Notes: a model not told the origin generated them from the sequence alone. A DNA stretch of 64,000 bases from Candidatus Kapaibacterium sp. (GCA_963665665.1 OY762428.1:4032001-4096000); one strand, 5' to 3'; positions 19,951 to 30,960 are shown, counted from the stretch's first letter. Translations and numbers: made by a program.

Positions 19951-20427
19951 TTATTTCTTACTAATGGTTTTTATTTCTGATTCAGTATTTTTTACAAGTG
20001 TTTCTGGTTGTTTGATCGGTATTGCAAAATCATTAACGATATTATCTCCATCTTTTCTTTTTGGAAATATCGATTTAAGAATAATGATAAACATACCAAT
20101 AATATTCGCGGTAGTTGCACCTATTAGCGATAATATTATTTGGTCGCTAAGATCAAACCCCCATAGTTTAAATCCATCAAATAGTAAAATTAATACAATT
20201 GAAGCAACCCAGCCGATCAATAACCAAGCCACATAATTAACTGACTTTTTTCGTAAAGAAATTTCGTTTGTTAAATATTCGATAAATTTTGCAGCTCTTT
20301 CTGATTCCAAATCAAATTTTCCGGGTTGATAATCCGGATTCGAAATTATTTGTACACTGACCTTTGACTTAGTATCAGAACTACTCTTTTGGGAAGAATG
20401 AAACTGTAATGGGGGTAAATCAATCAT
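19951..20427 (-). CDS. Two-TM membrane protein, putative PanT-type toxin
   Basis: ATGA-coupled to the Panacea gene; two hydrophobic segments with LSDQIILSLIGATTANIIGMF. Confidence 0.65.
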   Translation of the reverse strand: MIDLPPLQFHSSQKSSSDTKSKVSVQIISNPDYQPGKFDLESERAAKFIEYLTNEISLRKKSVNYVAWLLIGWVASIVLILLFDGFKLWGFDLSDQIILSLIGATTANIIGMFIIILKSIFPKRKDGDNIVNDFAIPIKQPETLVKNTESEIKTISKK

Positions 20428-20957
20428 CTTAATTCATTAGAAGCTAATATATTGTAAAAATGCTCATGTATTAATTCATTAGGTATAACTGCATTAGGAA
20501 TATTTCTTCCTCCTAATTCATTCCAAACAATATCCCAAGGTCCACCTTTTTCATGAGACAAGTTTGTTAAATCTTTTCCAGAATAATTTTTGTAATTATG
20601 CCATACTGATTCTAATATCTCTAAGGTTTCATTGTCGTGAGCGTAAACTACTGGTTCAACAAAATTCTGGCCGTTAAAATTAATAATTTTCGATCTTATC
20701 GATTTTTTGTAATTGTCATTCCGCAGCTTGTAATATAAAGATTGTAAAACAGGTCCGAACTCCCATGCAACAAACTTTTCATCAATTAACGGCCTGTCTT
20801 TATATCCGTAATACCAACAATGTGCTAAATATACCAGTTTTAATAACTTTGTTAAAGGTAATTCTATGTTGTCCTCCAGAGCCTTATCAATAAAATAATT
20901 GGCTATAGCTTCGGGAGAGTAGAATTCTTTTCTAATTGGTATTGGATACTCATACAT
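20424..20957 (-). CDS. Panacea/DUF4065 (SocA/GepA-like) antitoxin
   Basis: IANYFI, KLLKLVYLAHCW, AWEFGPV..LY, LSH..GPW. Confidence 0.92.
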   Translation of the reverse strand: MYEYPIPIRKEFYSPEAIANYFIDKALEDNIELPLTKLLKLVYLAHCWYYGYKDRPLIDEKFVAWEFGPVLQSLYYKLRNDNYKKSIRSKIINFNGQNFVEPVVYAHDNETLEILESVWHNYKNYSGKDLTNLSHEKGGPWDIVWNELGGRNIPNAVIPNELIHEHFYNILASNELR

Positions 20958-21287
20958 CGTTTTACTCCTTTATTGTTGATAACATTATATCAACTAAGCC
21001 AAATATAATAGTTTTACACATATTTAACTAACAATAAAAACGAAAATACATCAATTTTATGGCATTTTATAGCAAATTATTTAAATTATTTTGTTAATTG
21101 GTCAATAGTGTGCAAATAATTAATAGATTATTAAATAGAATTATTTAAGTATTTCTCCTCATTACTTTACTTTCAAAACTTCGGCAAATATACTACTTCT
21201 TCTATGTGCTGGTCATAAAGCGAAAAAAGGACAATTCTATTAGAAAAATTCCCGAATCCGGCATAAATCGGCACTAGGTACATAACA

Positions 21288-21315
21288 AAGAAGCCTTCCA
21301 AATCTGGAAGGCTTT
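21288..21315 (-). terminator. Hairpin after tRNA-Pro
   Basis: aagccttcca / tggaaggctt inverted repeat. Confidence 0.6.
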
Positions 21316-21316
21316 G

Positions 21317-21390
21317 TCGGGGTGAGAGGATTTGAACCTCCGACCTCTTCGTCCCGAACGAAGCGCGCTGCCGGGCTGCGCTACACCCCG
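21317..21390 (-). tRNA. tRNA-Pro(CGG), CCA not encoded
   Basis: CGGGGTG acceptor stem, CTTCG-TTCGGGA-CGAAG anticodon arm, GGTTCAAATCC T-arm. Confidence 0.97.
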
Positions 21391-21576
21391 TGGGTTTTAT
21401 CCCGTTTTCAAGAGATTCAAAAATACGGACTTTTATGTTTACAGCCAAAAATTATTTTCAATTATGATAAAGAATTTCTCAATAATAGTAAATGACAATA
21501 TAAATTGCCTGTAATTGTCAATTAAAACACTTATTTTTGGTCTTGTTTGATTTTGAAAAATTGTATCTGTATTATT

Positions 21577-23757
21577 ATGAATAGTTATTCTCTTGCAATT
21601 TCAATATCATGGGCAGTGGCGATCTTATTATTTATCGCGGCAGCTGCGCTTACTTTTTACACCTATCGCATAACTGTGCCACCTGTTTCTGGCAGGAAAA
21701 AGGCATTGCTTATGAGCCTTCGGGCCATAGCGTTGTTCCTTCTTCTGTTTATTGTTTACGAACCGATAATGACAATAATATCGGGAAGCGAAAAAGCGCC
21801 CGAAATTGTGGTTATGCTGGATAATTCCTTATCGGCAGGCATGAAGGACGGTACAGGCGAGCGAACGGCTGATTATAAAAAAGCACTGGATAATTCAGGC
21901 CTTGATAAGTTAGATAACGATCAGGTTAGTGTAATTAAATTTAGCGAAGGAACAGAGGAAATTTTTTCTCCTTCTTTCGACAGCCTGGATTTCAGCGGGC
22001 AGAGCACAAATATTTCCAGGGCTATCCGCAAGGTTACTAAATCTGCTGCCGGGAAAAATCTCCGGGCTGCTTTGCTGGTTACGGACGGAGCTTTCAATGA
22101 GGGTACGAACCCGGTATATGATGCCGGTATGCTTGGCAGGCCGGTTTATGTATTTGGTATTGGAGATACGGTCAGCCCGAAGGATGCCTCAGTGAAATCA
22201 ATCCTGACAAATGAAACCGCGTATATTGATAATCCTGTTCCGGTAAACGTTGATGTTGAAATTAACGGATATAGTGATGGTGAACTTCTTCTTGAACTTT
22301 TTGACGGGAATAAAAAAATTTCAGAGCAGCAGATATTTGTATCCGAAGGAAAAACAAATTACCCCGCTATGTTTGAATACATACCGGATACCGAGGGCTA
22401 TAGAAAGCTGACAGCAAAACTTGGAACCCTTGAAAACGAATTGACAGAAAAAAATAATTCTGCTTCCGTATTTATTAACGTGCTGAAAAACAAAAGAAAG
22501 ATTGCAATTTTTGCCGGAGCGCCAAGCCCCGACCTCTCGTTTATCAAGAATGAATTAAAAAATGAAAAGGGCGTGAAATTTACTGAATTTATTCAGAAAA
22601 AAGGCCCTGAATATTATAATGATGCTCCTAATCCTTCGCTGCTGAATGATGCCGAGTTCATTGTTTTTATCGGATACCCGATAGCATCCACAAGGCCGCA
22701 GGATATTGAAATGATAGCACGACAGCTTGAAGCAGGCAAGCCTCTGCTATTTATAGCTGCACAAAATACCGACTACAATAAATTGAAAAAACTTGAAGAA
22801 TACCTGCCATTCAGAACGGTTTCTTCTAATATCAGGGAATTTATGGCAATTCCTGAAATCAGCGACAGAATGATCTCTCATCCGGTACTCAGAATAAATG
22901 GCACCGACGATGACAAAGACGTCTGGAACCAATTACCACCGCTTTTCCGAACTGAAACATTCGTTACAGTGAAGCCCGAAAGCCGGATTGTGGCAGGATT
23001 CAAGGTGAATAATGTTGCTATGAAAGATCCCCTGATAGTATCTCGTGATTTTAATGATAAAAAGTCATTGGCAGTTCTTGGCTACGGTTTGTACAGGTGG
23101 AAGCTTCTTGCTGCCGGAGCCGACCGGAGCAGGGGCCAAACCGGAAAGCCGGACTTATTCAGAATATTCGTACAAAATTCATTGCGTTGGTTGTCTGTTA
23201 GCAACAGAAATAAAAAAGTAATAATTAAAAGTGTGAAAAGCAATTACACCGAAAGCGAGAAAATAGAATTCAGCGCTCAGGTTTACGACGACTCGTACAA
23301 CCCGGTTGATAATGCTAAAATCAGCGTGAGTATTTTGGGAGAAGGCGAAAAACGCGATATCAGCCTTAGTTCCTATGGCAATGGAAGATACTCGGGCAGC
23401 GCCGAAGGATTTGCTTCAGGAGATTACGCATTTTCCGGCAGCGCCGAACTTGAAGGCCGGAAACTCGGATCCGACCGCGGACGTTTCAGTGTTGGCGAAC
23501 TTAACCTGGAATACCGCGATATGACTATGAATATCAACCTGCTCAGGAATATTGCAAATGAAAGCGGCGGTAAATTTTACCTGCCTGACGAAACTGATAA
23601 ATTTATTAATGACCTTTTAAACGACCGGAATTTCCAGGCCAGGCCGATTACGCTCAGAAGCGAAACCGCCCTGTGGGATATTCCATGGCTGCTTGCCGGG
23701 GCAATTCTGTGCTTCGGAATTGAATGGCTCGTCCGGAAAAGGTCTGGTATGTTGTAA
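21577..23757 (+). CDS. Membrane-anchored vWA-domain protein with GATase-like and Ig-like domains
   Basis: N-terminal TMs, LDNSLS MIDAS-like motif, LVTDG, C-terminal IEWLVRKRSGML. Confidence 0.85.
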   Translation: MNSYSLAISISWAVAILLFIAAAALTFYTYRITVPPVSGRKKALLMSLRAIALFLLLFIVYEPIMTIISGSEKAPEIVVMLDNSLSAGMKDGTGERTADYKKALDNSGLDKLDNDQVSVIKFSEGTEEIFSPSFDSLDFSGQSTNISRAIRKVTKSAAGKNLRAALLVTDGAFNEGTNPVYDAGMLGRPVYVFGIGDTVSPKDASVKSILTNETAYIDNPVPVNVDVEINGYSDGELLLELFDGNKKISEQQIFVSEGKTNYPAMFEYIPDTEGYRKLTAKLGTLENELTEKNNSASVFINVLKNKRKIAIFAGAPSPDLSFIKNELKNEKGVKFTEFIQKKGPEYYNDAPNPSLLNDAEFIVFIGYPIASTRPQDIEMIARQLEAGKPLLFIAAQNTDYNKLKKLEEYLPFRTVSSNIREFMAIPEISDRMISHPVLRINGTDDDKDVWNQLPPLFRTETFVTVKPESRIVAGFKVNNVAMKDPLIVSRDFNDKKSLAVLGYGLYRWKLLAAGADRSRGQTGKPDLFRIFVQNSLRWLSVSNRNKKVIIKSVKSNYTESEKIEFSAQVYDDSYNPVDNAKISVSILGEGEKRDISLSSYGNGRYSGSAEGFASGDYAFSGSAELEGRKLGSDRGRFSVGELNLEYRDMTMNINLLRNIANESGGKFYLPDETDKFINDLLNDRNFQARPITLRSETALWDIPWLLAGAILCFGIEWLVRKRSGML

Positions 23758-23780
23758 TGTATATTTAATTAGGAAATGAA

Positions 23781-24164
23781 ATGAACTTATGTTTTCCAAT
23801 TAGTAAAGACGAAGGGCTTGAAAGCCGCGTTTTCGGGCATTTCGGTTCTGCGCCGGGATTCATTGTTTGCAACTCTGAAACCCTTGAATACAAAATAATC
23901 AATAGTCCGCATGAAGAACATCAGCACGGGCAGTGCAATCCTGTTGGCAGGCTTGCAGGCCACGATATTGACGTTCTTTTTGTTGGCGGAATAGGCGGCG
24001 GTGCGCTAATGAAACTCAACGCTGCCGGCATCAGGGTTTGCCATGCTGCCGACGCTACTATCGGGGAAAATGTAGAATACTTCAAACAGAACAGGCTCCC
24101 GGAGTTTTCGATGAACAACACCTGCGGCGGCCATGGCCATAACGGCGGTGGTTGCGGACATTAA
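23781..24164 (+). CDS. NifB/NifX-family (dinitrogenase FeMo cofactor domain) protein
   Basis: GHFGSAP, HGQCNP, GGIGGGA, C-terminal CGGHGH..GCGH. Confidence 0.9.
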   Translation: MNLCFPISKDEGLESRVFGHFGSAPGFIVCNSETLEYKIINSPHEEHQHGQCNPVGRLAGHDIDVLFVGGIGGGALMKLNAAGIRVCHAADATIGENVEYFKQNRLPEFSMNNTCGGHGHNGGGCGH

Positions 24165-24192
24165 TTGTCGGGGCTGAAATTTTAAATCTTCT

Positions 24193-24230
24193 AAGTTTCC
24201 GCAGGTTGTTTACCTGTGGAAACTTTCTTT
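24193..24230 (+). terminator. Intrinsic terminator
   Basis: aagtttccgcaggt / acctgtggaaactt followed by a T-rich tail. Confidence 0.7.
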
Positions 24231-24492
24231 ATTTCTGAATAACCTGCTGTATAGGAATTATAATTCTATTTTATGCAGGAAACTATCATTGATCTGTTTT
24301 ATACCCTGATCTTATGGCCTTAACAAATACTTTTGAACCCGGGATCCATTATTATTTTTAAAACAAATTCCATTATTTCTATCCATCATAGCGTTGGTTG
24401 GTGTCATCAAAGTCATATTTTTTGATAAAGATTTCGCAATTATTATCCAAAAAAAGATAAAATTACTAATACCTGTATTTTTAATAATAATC

Positions 24493-24765
24493 CGAGCATT
24501 TCCCCGAGCCTGCCGAGTGTTCCCCCGTGCCTGCCGAGCGTTCCCTCGAGCCTGCCGAGCATTTCCCCGTGCCTGCCGAGTGTTTCCCCGTGCCTGCCGA
24601 GCGTTCCCCCGAGCCTGCCGAGCATTCCCCCGAGCCTGCCGAGCATTCCCCCGAGCCTGCCGAGCATTCCCCCGAGCCTGCCGAGTGTTCCCCCGTGCCT
24701 GCCGAGTGTTCCCCCGTACCTGCCGAGTGTTCCCCCGTGCCTGCCGAGCGTTCCCCCGTGCTTTC
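24493..24765. repeat. GC-rich 21-bp tandem repeat, 13 units
   Basis: Consensus CGAGYRTTCCCCCGWGCCTGC; 13 RxFPRAC heptads in the ORF track. Confidence 0.95.
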
Positions 24766-25053
24766 GGATTAATCTTTCAGGATAAAATTTCACTCATTCA
24801 GGAGGCAGAATGTGTCAATTGATATTTATAAAGTATTATCTGGAACAGGGTATGTAAAAAAAATGCCGGAATTTCGATCTGGATGTATTTGGTTTTAAAA
24901 GATAAGCTTAGATTTTTCAGATACAATAATTGTATTTCAATAGTAAGTAAAAGAAATCCGGGATAAACGATTTTTAACGTGGATCCCGGACTTAATGGAA
25001 CTTACAGATTTGCCGGCAATTTGCTAAACTTTATCAATGATTTCAAAAAGTAC

Positions 25054-27345
25054 TTAAAACTGGAAATTGAATCCTATACTTGGCAGAAGGCCTATTGATT
25101 CATTATATTCAGCCTGTTGTGTACGGTAGTTCCAGCGTATAGCCGATATATTCTTTTGATTATAGATATTCTGAATATCAATATAAGTAATTATCGAGAA
25201 GCTGTCGAAAATCCATCGTTTATCAAGCCTGACGTCAAGTGCATGGAAAGTAGGAAGTCTTTCCCCATCGTTATAATTAGCAAAATCAAGCTGCCCGGAA
25301 AGATCGTCTTTATATGGTGTTGTAGGAAGGCCTGTGGCTACCCTGAATTTTCCTGAGAGTTCCCACAAAGGATGAAAACGCCACCCTGCGGAGAGATTTA
25401 AAATAAACCTTGAATCAAAAGCGCCGTCGCGTTCAATACCATCCAGGGACTCAAACCTTGTCTGGCTGAATGTCAGGCTGAATAATCCAAAGATTGGAAT
25501 ATCGCTCAGCTTCTTTTGTATAAATAGTTCAACGCCACGGGAGAAGCCCGTACCATTGCTGACAAGAGGCTCCAAACCATAGGGAATATCATTGTTAAGG
25601 TCATCAAACCCGGCCGGTGAGAGGACTGACTGCGGACGATATACCCTTGCAGGATAATCAGAATACCATTTATAATATGTTTCTATCTGTACTTTTACTT
25701 CTTCAAGTGGGGTATGCTCGTAGCCCAGAACTACCTGGTCGGCTTTAATAGGCATTAATTCATTTTCCAGGCCACCTACAAGCCACACATAAGAAGGAGC
25801 CTGGTAATACCTTCCTGCACTCAGGATTATCGAGGATACCGGGTTTATTTTATAAATAGCAGACAATCTTGGAGAAATGAAAAGATTATCCTTAGTGAAA
25901 CTATAATAATCCATTCTCAACCCGCCGCTTAATTTCCAATGGCCAAGATTAGCGCTGATATTTCCATAAGTTGCATTTTTAAAAGCATTGAATGAAGTAT
26001 CAACCTGCAAAGCAGCAGGTGACCCATTATTATCAAGCCTCATGTATCCGGGGATCATTATGTCATATTCCAGTTTGGAAGCAAATTTTATCTGGTTGCC
26101 AAATGAAAGCTCCATACCTTTCATCAGCTGGAAATCAAAATCAGTTTTTAGTGATGTTTCTCCTTCATAGGAATTATTCTGGAAAATCCTGTTCAGCAGG
26201 GAATCGTTCTGGAAGGTATCGAAATAAACAAAGCTGCGGCCAAGAGTAACAGTGGCAAAGCCATTACCAAAAAGATGTTTCCATGTAAGCCCCGAAAAAT
26301 ATTGTTTCTGGTTCGGAACAGCCACGCGGCTGTTGTCATAACGGTCGTCAAGTTCATCGTTGTTCAGTTTCACATCGTCAAGTGCTCCAATCATAACAAA
26401 TGAAAATTTGTTATTCTGGTCAAGATCATAGCTGACCTTTGTTGACAGGTCCCAATACTGTGGTATAAAACTGAAACCAGCAGCATCGAATATGAAATCA
26501 AGATATGATCGCCTGACATTAAACAGATATGTACCTTTATCTCCTACCGGCCCTTCCAGAATAAGCCCGGCTCCTGTAGCCGAAAGATTTACTTCGCCGG
26601 CAAAACGCTGGTCATTTCCTTTTCTCAGTGTAATATTTGTCATCGAAGAAACTTTGTCGCCATACTTAGCACCGAAACCGCCCGATGAAAATTCCACATT
26701 ACGGACAAAATCAATATTTATTAGGGATAGCGGCCCGCCGGAAGCGCCTTGTGAACCAAAATGATTAATATTAGGTACTTCAATATTGTCAACAATAAAT
26801 AGATTTTCAAAAGGAGCGCCGCCCCTAACCAGCAGGTCATTTCTTCCGGCCGCTGTAACGCCAACACCAGGAAGAAGGGCAGTGGCACGTATCACATCTT
26901 CCTGAACGCCCGGTGCACGCCGGATATCTTCCGAATTAAAAGTCTGAGTACTTGTTACAGTTTGAATTTTTTTGGGGAAGTATGTTCCTTTTACCTCGGC
27001 ACCTTCAAGCTCGATAACTTTTTCAACCAGTTCAACGCGCATGGTAAGAGGTTTACCGCAAGTAAATATAATATCAGATTTTACAAAAGTCTCGTATCCG
27101 ATTCCGGAAAACCTGATACTGTAAATTCCCGTTGGTACATTCGGAATTTTAAATTTTCCGTCGGAACGGGTAATAGCTCCATATTTTTCACTTTCAATTC
27201 TAACTGTTATTCCGGGTATTGGATTTTGGGTGGCAGCACTGAGAACCTGGCCCGTAATTGCGCAATTTGGCCCGTCATTATCCTGTGCATTAATGCTTAA
27301 AGTAGTTAATAACAATAAAAAAGTGGTTAACAAAAATTTGCTCAT
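25054..27345 (-). CDS. TonB-dependent receptor with an N-terminal carboxypeptidase-regulatory-like domain
   Basis: LLVRGG..ENLFIVDNIEVPNINHF plug, GGFGAKYG, terminal Phe. Confidence 0.93.
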   Translation of the reverse strand: MSKFLLTTFLLLLTTLSINAQDNDGPNCAITGQVLSAATQNPIPGITVRIESEKYGAITRSDGKFKIPNVPTGIYSIRFSGIGYETFVKSDIIFTCGKPLTMRVELVEKVIELEGAEVKGTYFPKKIQTVTSTQTFNSEDIRRAPGVQEDVIRATALLPGVGVTAAGRNDLLVRGGAPFENLFIVDNIEVPNINHFGSQGASGGPLSLINIDFVRNVEFSSGGFGAKYGDKVSSMTNITLRKGNDQRFAGEVNLSATGAGLILEGPVGDKGTYLFNVRRSYLDFIFDAAGFSFIPQYWDLSTKVSYDLDQNNKFSFVMIGALDDVKLNNDELDDRYDNSRVAVPNQKQYFSGLTWKHLFGNGFATVTLGRSFVYFDTFQNDSLLNRIFQNNSYEGETSLKTDFDFQLMKGMELSFGNQIKFASKLEYDIMIPGYMRLDNNGSPAALQVDTSFNAFKNATYGNISANLGHWKLSGGLRMDYYSFTKDNLFISPRLSAIYKINPVSSIILSAGRYYQAPSYVWLVGGLENELMPIKADQVVLGYEHTPLEEVKVQIETYYKWYSDYPARVYRPQSVLSPAGFDDLNNDIPYGLEPLVSNGTGFSRGVELFIQKKLSDIPIFGLFSLTFSQTRFESLDGIERDGAFDSRFILNLSAGWRFHPLWELSGKFRVATGLPTTPYKDDLSGQLDFANYNDGERLPTFHALDVRLDKRWIFDSFSIITYIDIQNIYNQKNISAIRWNYRTQQAEYNESIGLLPSIGFNFQF

Positions 27346-27599
27346 TATTTTTTCCAATGTAGTTTGTGTATTCCCATATTAAAAAACAAAACGAAACGGA
27401 TGTTTTTTTATTATACTGATAAGGAATATAAACATCTCATTGGTAATATTATCAGGCATAGAGAAAATATGATTTTTCAGTATGCTTTTCTTTCAGATAA
27501 TATATTTTTTTCATATCTTAATATTCTGTTTTTTTGGGATTTAGAAATAATTCAAAAATTGGATGTTATAATTTTGAAAATATAAATTTGGAGGTTTAA

Positions 27600-28955
27600 T
27601 TGGCTGAAGCAGCACAACCTAAGTATCATAAGTCGTTCTGGATAGCAAACTTTACCGAAATGCTTGAAAGGGCGGCGTTTTACGGAATGTTTATATCGAT
27701 AACACTCTACCTGTCCAGAGTTGTTGGATTTTCAGATGTTGAAGCTGGTTTTTTATCTGCTGGTTTCTCTGCACTCGTGTATTTTTTCCCGATATTTGTG
27801 GGTTCTTTCTCTGATAAAATAGGATTCCGGGCGGCAATAATTTTAGCTTTTGCCCTGCAAACTGTTGCCTACTTCTGCCTTGCCATGCTTCCCTATAAGC
27901 CTATTGTACCGTTAGCATTATTTCTTTTGCTAATCGGCGGTGCTTTTATTAAATCCTTGATAACCGGTACGGTAGCTAAAACAACAACAAGTGAAAATCG
28001 TGCGAAAGCTTATTCTATATTCTACATGATGGTAAATATCGGATCATTCTCCGGTAAGACTTTGGCAGCACCTGTCAGGATTGATTATGGTGTTGAATAT
28101 GTAAGTTATGTTTCAGCAGCTCTAACTCTTTTAGCATTGGTTGTTGTAATATTTGCATACAAGAATGTTGATATTGAAAAAACCCAGAAAACCTTGAAAC
28201 AAACCTGGGACGGGCTTGTTAAAGCTATTTCAAACCCAAGGCTGCTTATTCTTATGCTTATTATTGGCGGTTTCTGGCTGATACAGCACCAGATGTATGC
28301 TACTCTGCCAAAGTATCTGCTTCGCCTTGTTGGTGAAACATCCAAACCGGAGTGGCTGGCCAATGTAAATCCGCTGATTGTAGTTTCTTTTGTTTATGTA
28401 GTAAATGCGCTAACGAAGAAATTCAAAGCCTTAAACGTGATGTCAACCGGTATGTTCCTGATGCCGCTGTCGGTTGCTGCCATGGCTTCCGGCCTGCTTC
28501 TTACAAATGTGGTGGGTTCGAGTATATCCATTCTGGGACTATTTTCTATTCACCCTATTACGCTTATGCTTGCTGTTGGTATTGCAGTTCAGGGGCTTGC
28601 CGAATGTTTCATTTCACCGCGCTACTTAGAATATTTTTCCCTGCAGTCCCCCAAAGGAGAGGAAGGAACCTATCTCGGGTTTGCACACTTGCATTCATTC
28701 TTCGGCAACGCCATTGGTTTTATCATGTCAGGTTATCTTCTGGATGCCTATTGTCCGAATCCAAACAGAGCGGACCTTAAGGATTTATCTCCGGAACAGC
28801 TGGCACCTTACTATTCCGAAGCGCATTATATCTGGTATGCATTTACAGCCATTGCGATAGCATCTGCTGTAGCTCTTATAATTTATGGCAAGGTAACCAG
28901 AAGTATTGATGCAAAGAAAGCTGCCGAGGCTGCCCTTGCGGATAAAGCCGAATAG
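27600..28955 (+). CDS. MFS/POT-family peptide transporter
   Basis: EMLERAAFYG and FYMMVNIGS motifs, multiple TM segments. Confidence 0.9.
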   Translation: MAEAAQPKYHKSFWIANFTEMLERAAFYGMFISITLYLSRVVGFSDVEAGFLSAGFSALVYFFPIFVGSFSDKIGFRAAIILAFALQTVAYFCLAMLPYKPIVPLALFLLLIGGAFIKSLITGTVAKTTTSENRAKAYSIFYMMVNIGSFSGKTLAAPVRIDYGVEYVSYVSAALTLLALVVVIFAYKNVDIEKTQKTLKQTWDGLVKAISNPRLLILMLIIGGFWLIQHQMYATLPKYLLRLVGETSKPEWLANVNPLIVVSFVYVVNALTKKFKALNVMSTGMFLMPLSVAAMASGLLLTNVVGSSISILGLFSIHPITLMLAVGIAVQGLAECFISPRYLEYFSLQSPKGEEGTYLGFAHLHSFFGNAIGFIMSGYLLDAYCPNPNRADLKDLSPEQLAPYYSEAHYIWYAFTAIAIASAVALIIYGKVTRSIDAKKAAEAALADKAE

Positions 28956-28978
28956 TTATTGATTGAAATTATTTTGAT

Positions 28979-29011
28979 AATCCCGATGGATATTCTGTCG
29001 GGATTTTTTTT
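28979..29011 (+). terminator. Intrinsic terminator
   Basis: aatcccgat / gtcgggatt plus T-tract. Confidence 0.75.
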
Positions 29012-29152
29012 GATATGGAATTATCTTAGTTAATACCCATGAAGTTAAAAAGGAAAAGTATTGAATTTAATTTTTTTAAATGGAATATTTTACTTAATTT
29101 AAAACACTAAATGTTCTTTTATTATCATTCATTTCTTAGAGGGAGTTTTCAA

Positions 29153-29629
29153 ATGAAGAAAACAGGTTTAGCTCTTTTCGCTATTTTAGCAGCATTCGTT
29201 GTAACGTCTTGCACCACAAGGCTTACTGATTTCACGGTCATATCTTCGAAAAATGTTGATCTCAGCCAGATGGCTAAGTACAAAAAAGGTGGAGACAGGG
29301 TTATTGGTGAAGATATTGCTCATATCATATTTGTTATTCCAACAGGAATGCCTAACTTAAAAGAAGCTATCGACAAAGCAATTGAATCGGTTCCTGGATG
29401 TGTTGCCTTGGCTGATGGAGTAATGTCATCAAAATCTTTTTGGATTTTAGTATATGGACAGCAGGGATTTATTGTTGAAGGAACTCCTTTAATTGATCCT
29501 GCACTTGCTTCTGTTGATGACCTTGAGTCAAAATATATGATCAGTGAAATTGACGAAGAAGGTAATTCTTCACTCAGATACGTATCTGAAGAAGAATACA
29601 ATGAAGTCAAAGCTGAATATGCTGACTAA
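29153..29629 (+). CDS. Hypothetical lipoprotein
   Basis: VTSC lipobox; RLTDFTVISSKN..PNLKEAIDKAIE. Confidence 0.8.
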   Translation: MKKTGLALFAILAAFVVTSCTTRLTDFTVISSKNVDLSQMAKYKKGGDRVIGEDIAHIIFVIPTGMPNLKEAIDKAIESVPGCVALADGVMSSKSFWILVYGQQGFIVEGTPLIDPALASVDDLESKYMISEIDEEGNSSLRYVSEEEYNEVKAEYAD

Positions 29630-29644
29630 ATTTAATAATGTTTT

Positions 29645-29676
29645 ACCCCCTGATAAATAGTTCAGGGGGTTTTTTT
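29645..29676 (+). terminator. Intrinsic terminator
   Basis: accccctga / tcagggggt plus T-tract. Confidence 0.8.
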
Positions 29677-29693
29677 ATTTTGGAGGAAACCTT

Positions 29694-30863
29694 ATGAAAA
29701 TTATCTTCAGTATTTTTATATTATTGATCTTTGTATCAACAATTAATGCCAAAGATTTCAACTTAATTCAGGGCGAAAAATATATTGTTGAAAGGGAAAA
29801 TGGAGAGCCAATTGAAGCTTTGTTTTCCGAAGAAAAAGGGGATTATTACGTTTTTACAATTGGAAAAACCATTATCAATATATATAAAGATAAAATTATT
29901 GAAATAGTTAAGATTGATGAAGACAAGGATGATAATTTTTATTTTCGATTTGATAAAAACAAAAAATATATTATTAAATTGGAAAATGGTCAGATTGTTA
30001 AGGGCAATTTCCAAAGCCAAACTGACTCTACAGTTGTAATTAAATCAGGTTATGCCGATTTTAATATTAGCAAATCAGATATTATCTATATTGATGTTGA
30101 AAAAGTAAAAAAATCAAATAGTAATGAAACAATTTTTAGTAAAGAGGAATCGATTTCTTCTTATTCTGATTATTTTATTGCACATTCCAATATCCCTGTT
30201 AATGAATCACATTTCCAAATCAATTTGTTATTTACAGATATTGAACTGATTTTTTCACCTATTAAAAACCTGACAGTCCATGGAAGTATCGATGGCTTTT
30301 CAACCATATATACTTACAGCAGCCTTTACAGCCTTTCAATTGCATATAATTTTTTTGAATCTAAGAATATTATCTCAACTGTTCAGTTGAAGCACTGTAA
30401 TCATTTTGAAGTTGATGATATAAGTAGTCGTACCATAAAGGTATATGACGCTATTAGTGGTTTTGATCCTGAATTTTATGATTTTAACTTAGCCGGAGTC
30501 AATTTTACTTATAATGATAATTTCAATTTCACTGCCGGTATACATTATATGTTTGGTACTGAAGAATTTGAATCCGGTTTATTAATTAATGCTGCGGCCA
30601 GGATACCATTTAATTATCGAACCGGATGCATTGTTGAAGTTCAGGATATTCATGCATACGAGGATGACTTCCTTTTGGCCATGGCCGGCTTTTATATTGA
30701 TTTAATGAAAATCAGGCTGAAACTTGGTGTTGCAAGATATAATGCAACAGAACGGGTCTATTTGTTTACTCAAAAAGATAAAAAGTGGAAATCCGGTGAT
30801 GGTAAGTTTTTCCCTGTACTTGGTTTGGAGGTATCCCTGGATGAAGCAGTGGGAATAAAATAG
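29694..30863 (+). CDS. Exported hypothetical protein, paralogue 1
   Basis: Signal peptide; aligns end to end with 31014-32186. Confidence 0.8.
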   Translation: MKIIFSIFILLIFVSTINAKDFNLIQGEKYIVERENGEPIEALFSEEKGDYYVFTIGKTIINIYKDKIIEIVKIDEDKDDNFYFRFDKNKKYIIKLENGQIVKGNFQSQTDSTVVIKSGYADFNISKSDIIYIDVEKVKKSNSNETIFSKEESISSYSDYFIAHSNIPVNESHFQINLLFTDIELIFSPIKNLTVHGSIDGFSTIYTYSSLYSLSIAYNFFESKNIISTVQLKHCNHFEVDDISSRTIKVYDAISGFDPEFYDFNLAGVNFTYNDNFNFTAGIHYMFGTEEFESGLLINAAARIPFNYRTGCIVEVQDIHAYEDDFLLAMAGFYIDLMKIRLKLGVARYNATERVYLFTQKDKKWKSGDGKFFPVLGLEVSLDEAVGIK

Positions 30864-30960
30864 ATATTTTTATCAATTTACGGGACATTATATATATACG
30901 TACTGTTAGATTAATACAGTATGGGTAGATGTTGTTTTGTAAATTATCAGTTTTTCACAT

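Noticed and set aside
21173-21514. ORFs overlapping tRNA-Pro
   Set aside because: Spurious translations across the tRNA
24394-24822. RAFPRAC / LGRHGGT / PAEHSPE repeat proteins
   Set aside because: Several frames are open simply because the unit lacks stops; no credible start or RBS
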